Below, piece after piece: positions 53,515-64,000 of a stretch of DNA of 64,000 nucleotides; position 1 is the first letter of the stretch; every line of letters begins with the position of its first letter. The notes beneath the pieces were generated by a model that saw only the letters and a program-made list of their open reading frames with translations, had not been told where the DNA came from and did no database searches. The translations under genes were made by a program, and so were the position numbers. The DNA comes from Octopus sinensis. Lineage: Eukaryota. The stretch lies in assembly GCF_006345805.1 (NCBI RefSeq), contig NC_042999.1:47926001-47990000 (forward strand), written 5' to 3'.

Positions 53515-53915
53515 TTCACAACATACCACCACGCACACATCATCACTGACTACGTCCTAGACCCACATTTTCACACCTACACATACACACACGTACACGT
53601 CAAGATGACCAGCCCTCTTCCACGCGCACAGACAAACTCTCAAATGCACAAACACGCGCACCTTCGTTTTAGGATCACCACTACTTCATTATCTCCTCTT
53701 CTCCCTAGCTCTCCTGTATGACCCTTCTGTCTGCATTCGTCATGATAGAACGCTAGCCTCTACACATTCTTTATTTTCTCTCTTTGTTTCTGTGTTCTTT
53801 TCTGTGGAAGAGCGTAGGCTCGAAACGCTAAAGACTTTTTCACTTCCCAAGCGTTATACTAATACATCTGTTTGTTGTCTACACTACATGTCTTCGTCTT
53901 TTGTTTCTCCACCTA
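53515..53915 (+). mobile_element. PLE 3' end (CA-rich UTR + pLTR), same family as 59140-60720
   Basis: gcgcaccttcgttttaggatcaccac...ctagctctcctg...gaagagcgtaggctcgaaacg...cacttccc...tcttcgtctttt is the diverged reverse complement of 59160-59400. Confidence 0.8.
53795..53835 (+). ncRNA. Hammerhead-like motif, CUGUGGA core (A6U)
   Basis: UCUUUU CUGUGGA A GAGC-guag-GCUC GAA ACGC U AAAG. Stem II is perfect; U16.1 is replaced by C in this copy. Confidence 0.55.
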
Positions 53916-54714
53916 TATAACTATATTAGTGCTTGCGTGTGTATGTATGTATTATGTATCGATATATGTATTTACATATAGTGTCTATACATATATAAAT
54001 ATATATATAAAGAATACACACATATATAAGAAATCTGCACGACCGCTTTCTTATCAAATTTTTGGCATTTATTTTTGGCTTCCCTATTGTATCTATAAAT
54101 TCAAACACTTCATAATATTTCTCATACATTTTTAACTTCACTGTTGCTATTCATTTCTACTGCTATAAATACCTGTAAATGAGCTTTCTAAAAATTCACA
54201 TTTTAATTATAATGCTTTATTTTATTTCAGTATTTTGTTGTTACCTTAATGAAAATTAGCTGTCTCCCTAGCGTTCATTTAGTTGTTTGATTCACACTAA
54301 TTAACGCTAACATTTATATTTGAAATTTCACATCTCAACGATATAACATTTTCTCTTCAATCAAAACAATTGCTATAATTTCATCTACATTGTTTTATCC
54401 TATTTTTCTTTTACATGTTTCAGCCATGTGATTGCGACCATGCTGGAGCACCGCCTTAAATGTGGATATTAATCAACATTGAACATTCTTCCCTAAGTCT
54501 GGCTGCTTTATAATTTGTTTTTCTTCTATTTATCACACATTACATTTTACTTGTTATGCAATTTCTATGAGTTACAAAGATAGTCCATAATTCAGATGAG
54601 CTTGACTCAATGAAACAACTTTAAAGCTGAATAAGAGAAAGTTATCTTGATGTTATTCAGAATTTTTCATGCTGTGGATTTATATTTGTTAACCTAGATG
54701 TGTTCCGAGCATTT

Positions 54715-54855
54715 GGAGTGACTGTGTGGTAAGTACCTTTCTTACCAACCACATTGTTCTGGATTCAGTCCCACTGCGTGGCACCTTGGGTTACCGTATT
54801 ATACAATTGCCTCGGGTGAATGCATTTTGTAGGCGGGAACCGAAAGATGCCTGTC

Positions 54856-54896
<41 letters not shown>

Positions 54897-55130
54897 AAGA
54901 ACCAAACAGATGTATTAGTAAAACTCTCAAGAATTAGGGATATTTTACGTTTCGAGCCTACGCTCTTTCACAGAAAGGAACACAGAAAGAAAGAAGCAAA
55001 AATCAAGGAGAGAAGTGTGTGCATGTGATTGTGTGTCTGTGTTTGTCCCTACAATATCACATGACAACCAATGTTTGTGTGTTTACGTCCCCGTAACTTA
55101 GCGTTTCGGTAAAAGAGAACGATAGAATAA
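54715..55130 (+). mobile_element. SINE family B interrupted in its internal (TA)n by a PLE pLTR fragment
   Basis: Head actgtgtggtaagt...ttcagtcccactgcgtggcaccttggg at 54715-54855, (TA)n, insert 54895-55012, then the 3' half tgtgtctgtgtttgtccc...gtttacgtccccgtaacttagcg. Confidence 0.85.
54942..54979 (-). ncRNA. Hammerhead-like motif, CUGUGAA core (A6U family)
   Basis: Minus strand: CCUUU CUGUGAA A GAGC-guag-GCUC GAA ACGU A AAA. Palindromic ACGU stem III and GUA triplet are intact; G8A mismatch in this copy. Confidence 0.55.
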
Positions 55131-55212
55131 TGCCTAATTGGCTTGTACGTTATTTTTATTCACTCTTACATTTGCTTCCGTTATTATTTCTTTATACTTA
55201 ATTTATATTAGG

Positions 55213-55387
55213 ATATATCCTCGCTACCCACTGCTCTGAGCCTACTATGTTAAAATATCACCTACACCCCACCCCAGCCTACTTCAGAACCGGTCTACCA
55301 GACTCCTATCTCATCCGGGTCGCTGACCTTAGATATCATATTACACACTTTCAGGAACTATATTCTGAACTCCAACGGCCGACTTTG
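55213..55387 (+). repeat. 175-bp direct repeat, copy 1
   Basis: atatatcctcgctacccac...ggccgactttg; 5 substitutions versus 55971-56145. Confidence 0.95.
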
Positions 55388-55886
55388 TTGGTCTTTCACC
55401 TATTCCATAGTTCAGCCACATCGTTGATATATTCTCAGGATAGTTTTTTGTTAGTAAATTTACGTATCATCTCTTGATTATTGTTAAGACGCGTGAGAAA
55501 CAGCTGTAATGAATTGACATTTATCCACCGTATATTATTAATCATTTCATTATAATACATCAAGAGGATTTACGAATTGCGTGAAAAACGAGAATATACC
55601 AACAATGTACTAATCAACGAAACACATGATTTGGACCAGCCCCATAGGCGCTAAGTACTCTTAGGATTGGTTTCCACTGTGTAAACAACTGGAATATCCT
55701 ATTTGATATTTACAAACAATAGGCCTGGACTACATGTTTATATAACTCTAACACCTTGTGCATATCTTTTCAAGTACTTCATTCTATCTGAATCCTTATT
55801 TTACTATACACACACACACACATACATGCACATACACTCACACACACACACACATATATATATATATGTATATGTATGTATGTACA

Positions 55887-55970
<84 letters not shown>

Positions 55971-55976
<6 letters not shown>

Positions 55977-56145
55977 CCTCGCTACCCACTGCTCTGAGCC
56001 TACTATGTTAAAATATCACCTACACCCCACCCCAGCCTACCTCAGAACCGGTCTACCCGACTCCTATCTCATCCGGGTCGCTGACCTTAGATATTATATT
56101 ACACACTTTCAAGAACTATATTCTGAACTCTAACGGCCGACTTTG
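55971..56145 (+). repeat. 175-bp direct repeat, copy 2
   Basis: Same sequence as 55213-55387, starting directly out of a (TA)n tract. Confidence 0.95.
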
Positions 56146-56149
56146 AGAT

Positions 56150-56365
56150 GTGCGCGTGTGTATACATAGATGTGTGGGTGATGGTGTAGATTCAGGGAAG
56201 TCGTCAGTGCTAGTGTGAGCGCTGGAGTGGGTGCTGGGATTTGATCAGTGCTAGATTGTTCGGGGTTGTGTGATGTTGTTGTGTGTGGTATGTTTGTGTT
56301 GGTGTAGTGGTATGTTGTGTGGTGTTGTGTAGTGTGGTGGTGTAGTGTGTGATGTGATTGTATAT
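56150..56365 (-). mobile_element. PLE 3' UTR fragment (GT-rich on + strand), same family as 59470-59690
   Basis: gatggtgtagattc.gg.aagtcgtcagtgctagtgtgagcgctgg.gtgg.tgc.ggatttgatcagtgctagattgttcggggttgt is shared with 59490-59590. Confidence 0.8.
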
Positions 56366-57524
56366 AGAAAGATAGATAGATAGACATACACACACACGCA
56401 TATATATATATATATATACATAGATGCATACATACATACATACACATACATAGACATTCCAACTAAATGTGTCAGTAAGCGTGTACTGTTTTTCAATTCT
56501 CTACATTCACGTCTTATATATGAAATAGTATTTCAAGCTTAGAAGATAATGATGGTATTCATTACAGTAATAATACACTTTGAATAAGGTGCTTGTAAAT
56601 ATTGCATATGGTGATTGTAGAATAAGGTGATAGAGATTGTTGAATATTGTTTGGACTGTCGATTTACAAAAGTTTGCCTAAATTAACATGTAAATTTTAC
56701 AACTGACTGTTCATCGTAGAAATGCTATATACCGCTAACTGTTCAATTCATGTCAGTAGTTATATAAACATGTATTAAATTCCATCGCCTGATTTTACTT
56801 TGGTTTGGTTATCAAGTATTAAATGTAAGCCATCAGGACTATGAGAAAAGGCTTAAAAACACGACTGGGAAACTAGCACTTGATAATAAAAGCCGTTATG
56901 TAAGTAGATTAGGTTTCACATCCCCATACCAGTGCATTCATTATTCTATCAAGAGTTCCGGTGTATTTACTTGGTCATTTCTATTCGCTGTCTCTATCGT
57001 AATACTAGCTTATACTAATCTCTGAAGCATCCGCTCGGCCAATTAATCTTTTCTCACAGTATCTAATTCCTTTTGCAGCTCACAAGGTATTTCTTTCGCT
57101 CTCCATATCTCTCTGTCTCTCTCTCTCTTTGCACTAACTCAGAAATTCGAATGGGTCTCCATGTATTTACAGAAATATATGTACAAAGTGCATATATGTA
57201 TGCTTCATTTCTATATATTTGTTTTAACACTAATGTTTAAGGTAACTGGCAGGAAAAGAAGAAAGAGAATAAGGAAGGCTCTGCTTATAAAACTTGAGAA
57301 ATTGACACGTTGCAAATGACATTAGCTCTAGGTAAAGTGGTGAAGATTATATTTTCTCACAATCTATCGGCTTGATGCCACGCTGGCTGTAGTTAACGGC
57401 TTCAGCGATGTTCGCATATTTCAGTATGGAGTACATTATATCAAATATGTTAAGAAGGAAATGGAATCTGGATATGGTAGGAATTTTGCCTTTTGTGTCC
57501 AAACATATATATATATATATATAT

Positions 57525-57590
<66 letters not shown>

Positions 57591-57595
<5 letters not shown>

Positions 57596-57878
57596 AAAAT
57601 AGTAAGTGTGAAAAAACGACAGAAGGCTTAAATGTTAAAAAATATATATATTTGTGTCAAAATGTCTGGAGAATATTGGAAAAATTTTTTTTTCCTTTCC
57701 TTAAAATGACATAATTTTAAAATTTTTTAAAGAAATTACCGGTTACGCGTGTAGCTTTTCAAATTTCTTGTGACGTTATGTTTATATTGCATGGAATAAT
57801 CGTTGTTTTTATTTCCAGGAGATTTCTAAATAAGGGGAGGTAGTGAGTGATTTTTTCCGGTGTAGGGGAGATAATCGC

Positions 57879-57910
<32 letters not shown>

Positions 57911-58735
57911 CCCTTTTCCTTGTTAATTTCTCTGTGTCAGTATGTTCGGATGGTTGAGTCTGGGTTTGTACTTTTCAATGAAGAATGTTTCCTTGTTCAG
58001 TCTCATTTGTGTTGATGATCCGAAAGCACATTGGTAAAATGGGAAGATTAAAAATTGTGGCAGTAGTTGCTTTGCGCATTTCTCAATGTGCTCACTAAAA
58101 GGTATCATTCTATATTCTGGGAATGCAATCTGTTGTCGATGCAGTGTGCATCTGCGCCTGAGTGATATCACTCAGGCGCAGATGCACACTGCATCGACAA
58201 CAGATTGCATTCCCAGAATATAGAATGATACCTTTTAGTGAGCACATTGAGAAATGCGCAAAGCAACTACTGCCACAATTTTTAATCTTCCCATTTTACC
58301 AATGTGCTTTCGGATCATCAACACAAATGAGACTGAACAAGGAAACATTCTTCATTGAAAAGTACAAACCCAGACTCAACCATCCGAACATACTGACACA
58401 GAGAAATTAACAAGGAAAAGGGAAAAAAAAAAAAAAAAAATTTTAAGCGATTATCTCCCCTACACCGGAAAAAATCACTCACTACCTCCCCTTATTTAGA
58501 AATCTCCTGGAAATAAAAACAACGATAATTCCATGCAATATAAACATAACGTCACAAGAAATTTGAAAAGCTACACGCGAAACCGGTAATTTCTTTAAAA
58601 ATTTTTAAAATTATGTCATTTTAAGGAAAGGAAAAAAAAATTTTTCCAATATTCTCCAGACATTTTGACACAAATATATATATTTTTTAACATTTAAGCC
58701 TTCTGTCGTTTTTTCACACTTTACTATTTTCTTAT
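57591..58735. mobile_element. ~1.15-kb zero-spacer palindrome of a PLE 3' end (GIY-YIG C-terminus + pLTR), flanked by (TA)n
   Basis: Centre ...ctgagtGAT|ATCactcag... at 58166/58167. An identical 82-aa ORF lies on both strands (HRQQIAFPEY...PFSEHIEKCAK...FLIFPFYQC...RLNKETFFIEKYKPRLN), resembling the GIY-YIG C-terminus at 51960-52160. Arms differ by 3 A/T substitutions, a 1-nt indel and poly-A/T length (26 vs 18). Confidence 0.95.
58556..58595 (+). ncRNA. Minimal type-I hammerhead ribozyme candidate with U3:A8 covariant core
   Basis: AAGAAAU UUGAAAA GC-uacac-GC GAA ACCGGU A AUUUCUU: 7-bp stem I, 2-bp stem II, palindromic stem III, GUA cleavage triplet. Confidence 0.7.
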
Positions 58736-58774
58736 ATATTCACCCACGTGCTTTACCAAACAAACTTTCTTATC

Positions 58775-58950
<176 letters not shown>

Positions 58951-58972
58951 TATCCATCCATCTATCTAACTA

Positions 58973-59066
<94 letters not shown>

Positions 59067-59139
59067 AAGAGGGAGAAGAATAGATAGATAGGTAGATATT
59101 TATATAAATATATAGATAGATTGATATATGTATATAGTG

Positions 59140-60720
59140 AGAATTTACATAAGAAATAAAAGACGAAGACGGGTGTGTAATCAACAAACATATATGTATT
59201 CGTTTAATACTCGGGAAGTGAGAAAGTTTTTTACGTTTCAAGTCTACGCTCTTCGACGGAAAGAAACACAGGAATAAACAGGGAGCGAAAATAGAAGAAG
59301 GTCTAGTGGCTAGCGATCTATCATGGCCAATGCCGGACAGAGGGGTAAAACAGGAGAGCTAGGAAGAAACGTGGTGATCCCGAAACGAAGGTGCGCGTGC
59401 GTATGTATGTGAGTGCGTGTATGTGCATGTGCGTGCGTGTGGAAGGGGCTGGTTACATTGGGATGTGCACGTACGCATGCATAGATGTGTGAATGATGGT
59501 GTAGATTCTGGAAAGTCGTCAGTGCTAGTGTGAGCGCTGGGGTGGATGCATGGATTTGATCAGTGCTAGATTGTTCGGGGTTGTCTGATGTGGTTGTGTG
59601 TGGTATGGTGGTGTGTGGTGTAGTGGTATGTTGTATGGTGTTGTGTGGTGTGGTGGTGTTGTGTGGTGTGATGGTGGGGTGTGTAGTGTGGTTGTATTAG
59701 GGTGTGGGGAAGATGAGAGTGGAGAAAGCAAGTGTGGGATCTAAGGGATGGGTGGTGGTGAGATGTGATGTATAGGGATGGTGGGGTTGGACTATGTAGG
59801 GGTGGGGTATCGATGGAGGGGTGATGATGAATGGAGAGAGTGGAATTGAGAAGGTGGGTAGGAGTGAAGTGAAGAGAGGATGTAGGTGCCAGAGAAAGAG
59901 AGGAGAGGTGGGTAGGAGGAAGTAGGTGTGAGAGGAAGAGAGGAAAGAGGAGAGAAGATGACGATTAGATGAAGCGGGGAGGAGAGCTAAGCCCATGTAG
60001 CGCAAAGTGCGAGGTGAGAAGATTAATCCCAGCTCACGGCGAAGACGGGTGTCTTGTTAGCCCCTCTGCAAGGACAATTCGAACACAAGCAGGTGTTGTA
60101 AAGTGTGAGCAGAAATGGCGCGAGACCTCGGTGTCATTGCAGAGTCGGATGGCTCGGAGTTGTTCCGCGAACGGGCGTCCCGTTTGATCGATGTATAGAG
60201 AAAGGCAGAGAGGGAGCATGAGATGCATTATATGACGTTGCAAGAAGTGCAAGTAGAGTCAGTGATATGTTAGAGTCGATGATGGGTGCCTGTGTGGAGG
60301 GTGGTGTTGTAAAGGTAAGGGCAAGTGCGACAGCGTGGGCGGGAGCAGGGGTACGAGCCGGGTTGGGAAAGAAACTGTGCGCCAAGAGGTCTCGTAGGTT
60401 GTAGGCTCGTTTGAAGGAGGGGAGTGGTCAGTTAGAGAAGATGTGCGAAGTGATGAGGTCGGCCTAGAATCACCGGAAGGCTCGGAGATGTAAGGTGGTG
60501 GGGATGTAGGTGAGGGGAATGGGGAGACGAGTGAAGGCCGGGTCGGTGCAGGAGGAGAGAGCAGATGCACGGTCCACGGAACGTGCTCTGGCAAGGGCAG
60601 CTTGGATAGTGGTGAGGGGATATCCACGTAGGTTGAAGTGGTGAGCCATGAGTTGAGACTGCGTAAACGGAGGAATTGGGAATAGGAGATGGCGAGTTGG
60701 TGTATTGAGGGTGGGAGGAG
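59140..60720 (-). mobile_element. 5'-truncated Penelope-like element (second family): GIY-YIG pseudogene, CA-rich 3' UTR, pLTR with decayed hammerhead at ~59226-59265
   Basis: Minus-strand pieces: NLRDLLAHS...CLSLYIDQTGRPFAEQLRAIRLCNDTEVSRHF...HGLSSPPRFI* (GIY-YIG). 3' end matches 53515-53915. Motif CCGUCGA A GAGC-guag-ACUU GAA ACGU A AAAA. Confidence 0.85.
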
Positions 60721-61393
60721 GAGAAATTAAGGTATGAATTGTGAGTCTGTGTGTTTGTATTGAATGGAAAGATTGATAGAGATAGACATACTATGTATAT
60801 GATTTAACTTATTAAACAGAGTTCAACAAAGTCCTTCATATTTACGTAAATGGGGGAGATAAGATGCTAATATGCACGATAATTCTTTTTTATTCAAGTA
60901 GCTATACAATTGTTTCCTACAGAAAGACAGGAAATTCATTCTAAGAATCTCACTACACGTCCGTAACCAAAAAAAGTAAAATATAAAACGAAAATAAAAA
61001 TAAAATAAATGAAAAATAAAGACGTTGGAATTGCATAGGTATAGTGTTGTTACTCATATTTTGACGTGTTCTTCATCTTGGAGTCATGTCTAATCTAACA
61101 AGACTAAAAGACAAAACTTGGGTGTGGATATATATCATAATAAGGCTAACGTTCTCCCCATATATGTGTATATAAGAGCTATTTTAATACTCCCATATAT
61201 GAAGTAAAAACTGGTGAGGCTGTATTTAAAGGAAAGAGCTACCAAAATGAGAAAGTACAGAATTTTGAAATACAGGAGACAAACTCTACAGAGTCTTAAA
61301 AAGTAAATAGATTGTTATCATATGTAGATGGATATGTACACACATATACAAATATCTATTATTATTATTATAAATGTTATAAATTGTTGTTAG

Positions 61394-62300
61394 ATTGGGT
61401 TGGCATGTAAGTTACTGCCGTCTTTTTAAATTTTGGAATTTATTGCGTTTTTTAATTGTGGAATCTATTTCTATCGATAATTCTATTTTTGAACCATTTT
61501 GGAATCTATATTTTTTTTTCTAGTTAATTTTATTTAACTTTTGTTTATTTTCAGATCATTAAAATGGAATGTCAAGTTAAGAAAAACGAGCATTTTTGGA
61601 ACCTCCTTCTTTTTGCTTTTAATCAAGGTTCTAAGGCCGCAAAATAATGCTGTGTATGGAGAGGGTGTCATAGCTGAAAGAACCGCTCGTGATTGGTACG
61701 CGAAGTTCAAAAATGGAAATTTTGACCTCACGATGCACATCGATCTGGCCGTCCAGTTGAGTTCGATGAATAGTGATTGAACCAACTTTCGCACGAAATT
61801 TCTCGTCAAACGACAAAGAAGAAATGGAATGCTCCCACACTGCTATAAAGAAGCATCTTCATTCTATGGGAAAGGTTCATAAATATGGAGCATGCGTTCC
61901 GCATGCTTTAAGTGAGAACAAAAATCGAGAAGCCACAATCGCTTGTTTGATTGCTCGTCACCGCTCAACTCATGGACACGAGCAACGATTTCTTTACCAA
62001 ATCGTTATTGGCGACGAAAAATGGTGCCTGTATATCAATATGAAGCAAAGTAAGTAATGACTTAGCCCCGCTAAAGAAGCGACACCGCTCTTGAAACAAG
62101 ATCTTCAAATACGTAAAACAATGTTGTGCGTGTGGTGGGACTGAGAAGGGAGTATCCATTACGAATTGCTTGAACGGAACTCTGCGTTCAACAGATGGAA
62201 CGACTCAACACGAAACTCCGCGTTCAGCAGATGGAACGACTCAACACGGCTATTCAAGAACAAAAACCTAATCGTCAGCATGGTAGTCTATTTTTTGTTC
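61394..62300 (+). mobile_element. mariner (DD34D, Mos1/mellifera-like) element, 3'-truncated pseudogene
   Basis: TIR-like attgggttggcatgtaagttactgc; MECQVKKNEHFW NLLLFAFNQGSKAAK...AVYGEGVIAERTARDWYAKFKNGNFDL (HTH); FLYQIVIGDEKWCLYINMKQ (TGDEKW motif); MLCVWW. Confidence 0.9.
62177..62248 (+). repeat. 36-bp tandem duplication inside mariner fossil
   Basis: (g/a)aactc(t/c)gcgttca(a/g)cagatggaacgactcaacacg twice; transposase frame ELCVQQMERLNT-KLRVQQMERLNT. Confidence 0.9.
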
Positions 62301-62514
62301 ATCAAAAGTTTTCCCTATTTTCTCCCAATTTTAAATTTGATTTCTGAGAGACTCTCGTTTAATCAGTTATTACATGCATCCTATGTGCATAGTATGCTTG
62401 CATACCCATGCACAGGGACAACATAGGTAAATTGCACTGGTAGTAATAACCCATATGCTCATCCCTTAGACGTTTACTCTAACCGCTATAACTCTACTAC
62501 CTTTGGTATATACT

Positions 62515-62551
<37 letters not shown>

Positions 62552-63153
62552 CTTTGTTCCTGCCCGAATAAAACCCTTCAAAGCACGCCGTAAAGTGACT
62601 GAAACAAGCAAACGATAGAAGAATATAAAATATGTACACATATTGCCGTATATGTGAGAGCTAATGTGTATTTACGTACATGATAAAACAATGTATGCTT
62701 AATCAGGTTTTCATATGAGTAGGTATTTATGCATTTGTTCATAAACACCGAAATATCGATGTAAATTAACGTTTAAAAATAATAAGTACATGTGATTACT
62801 GTTATAAATTTATAGTTTGTTTGTTCAGATTATGTAACACGACGAATTAAACTTGATAAATTACCAATCCTACAATGAGCACTTATTAAAATTATTATTA
62901 ATAATAAAAATCTATCAAATTATTTAGATTTATCATAATACGATTTAGCAACTTCAAAATACGTTTCTCCAGAATCTATTGAATTGTCTGTCTCTTTGAT
63001 TTCTTAAATGTTGCATACTAATTTATCAAATAATCAATGTATCTACCTCTATACAAAAATATGCAAACATATGCCTGTTTCAATGTCTGCCTATCTGTGT
63101 ACGTACATATGTAGATATATACGTCTATATATATATGTGTGTATGTATGTATG

Positions 63154-63195
<42 letters not shown>

Positions 63196-63289
63196 ATATG
63201 TATATATATTTACATATATATACATATGGGCATACATACATACAAATATATATATATATATATACGTATGTATATATATATATATATGT

Positions 63290-63324
<35 letters not shown>

Positions 63325-63451
63325 TCATTTGTTAAATTTTAATTAATTTGTAAAATTTTAATTCATATAAATTATTTTATATTTTATGTATTGGCTTAAG
63401 TCTTTCTTTGTTTGATTTGCATAATAGTGGTTTTGTCTCTAATTTATTATA

Positions 63452-63489
<38 letters not shown>

Positions 63490-64000
63490 AAATATATATA
63501 TGTGTATTTATGCATGTACGAATGACGTCGAAAAGTCCATAAATCAGGAGAAAGATGCACTCGTATATCTATCAATAGAATGATGGTATTTGCAGTTGCC
63601 GTGTTTCATTCCATATCGGCTACGACTGACGTCCGTAGAGTTATGTAATCGGATTGTTACCTCAGTCTGCGTCGTACCCCCTAGCCCGAAACTGATTAGT
63701 AAGATCAGTTGTGAGGGATATATAATACCGTAGACTTCGGATAATAAACATACGCACACACGTGTATATATATAGTTTCTTATCTGTTCTTAATTTTTAT
63801 TTCTGTCATTCATTTGACTACTGGGGCAAAGTCCTATGCTGGGCAATAGCCTTGATGACTTTAGTCAAATAAATCCGCTCACCGTACTTGTATAAATATG
63901 GAACTTACTACTACGGGCATGTTTTTTCACGAACAACTAAGGAACGGTTGCTTAAACACACTAGGGCCTGTTATTAAAATGTGATATGAGATAATCACAA

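Noticed and set aside
57923-58410. Two identical 82-aa 'genes' on opposite strands
   Set aside because: They are mirror images from the palindrome. The start codon is created at the fold-back junction and the rest is a truncated GIY-YIG C-terminus.

Overview
This is AT-rich, microsatellite-laden eukaryotic (animal) DNA. The repeat families look like those of Octopus/coleoid cephalopods, which is an inference from remembered repeat sequences, not a database hit. No confidently identifiable host protein-coding gene is present, and most ORFs in the supplied track are translated (TA)n/(TATC)n/(TAA)n microsatellites. The window is a layered transposon graveyard: several tRNA-derived SINE families, decayed Tc1/mariner-superfamily DNA transposons, CR1-like and APE-LINE fragments, a stack of R4/Dong-like (RLE-endonuclease) LINE 3' ends in a (TAA)n tract, and several Penelope-like elements (PLEs; RT + GIY-YIG). 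The most interesting signal is a PLE-centred system. It includes (i) a ~1.15 kb zero-spacer palindrome built from a PLE 3' end (centre 58166/58167), plus two smaller fold-backs (4800-4983 and 21190-21705). It also includes (ii) minimal type-I hammerhead-ribozyme-like motifs with three different cores: UUGAAAA (U3:A8 swap), CUGUNGA (A6U in all three copies) and CUGAAGA. Finally there is (iii) a tRNA-headed, hammerhead-tailed fold-back element that looks like a SINE mobilised by PLE machinery. Ribozyme activity, family names and novelty are unverified.
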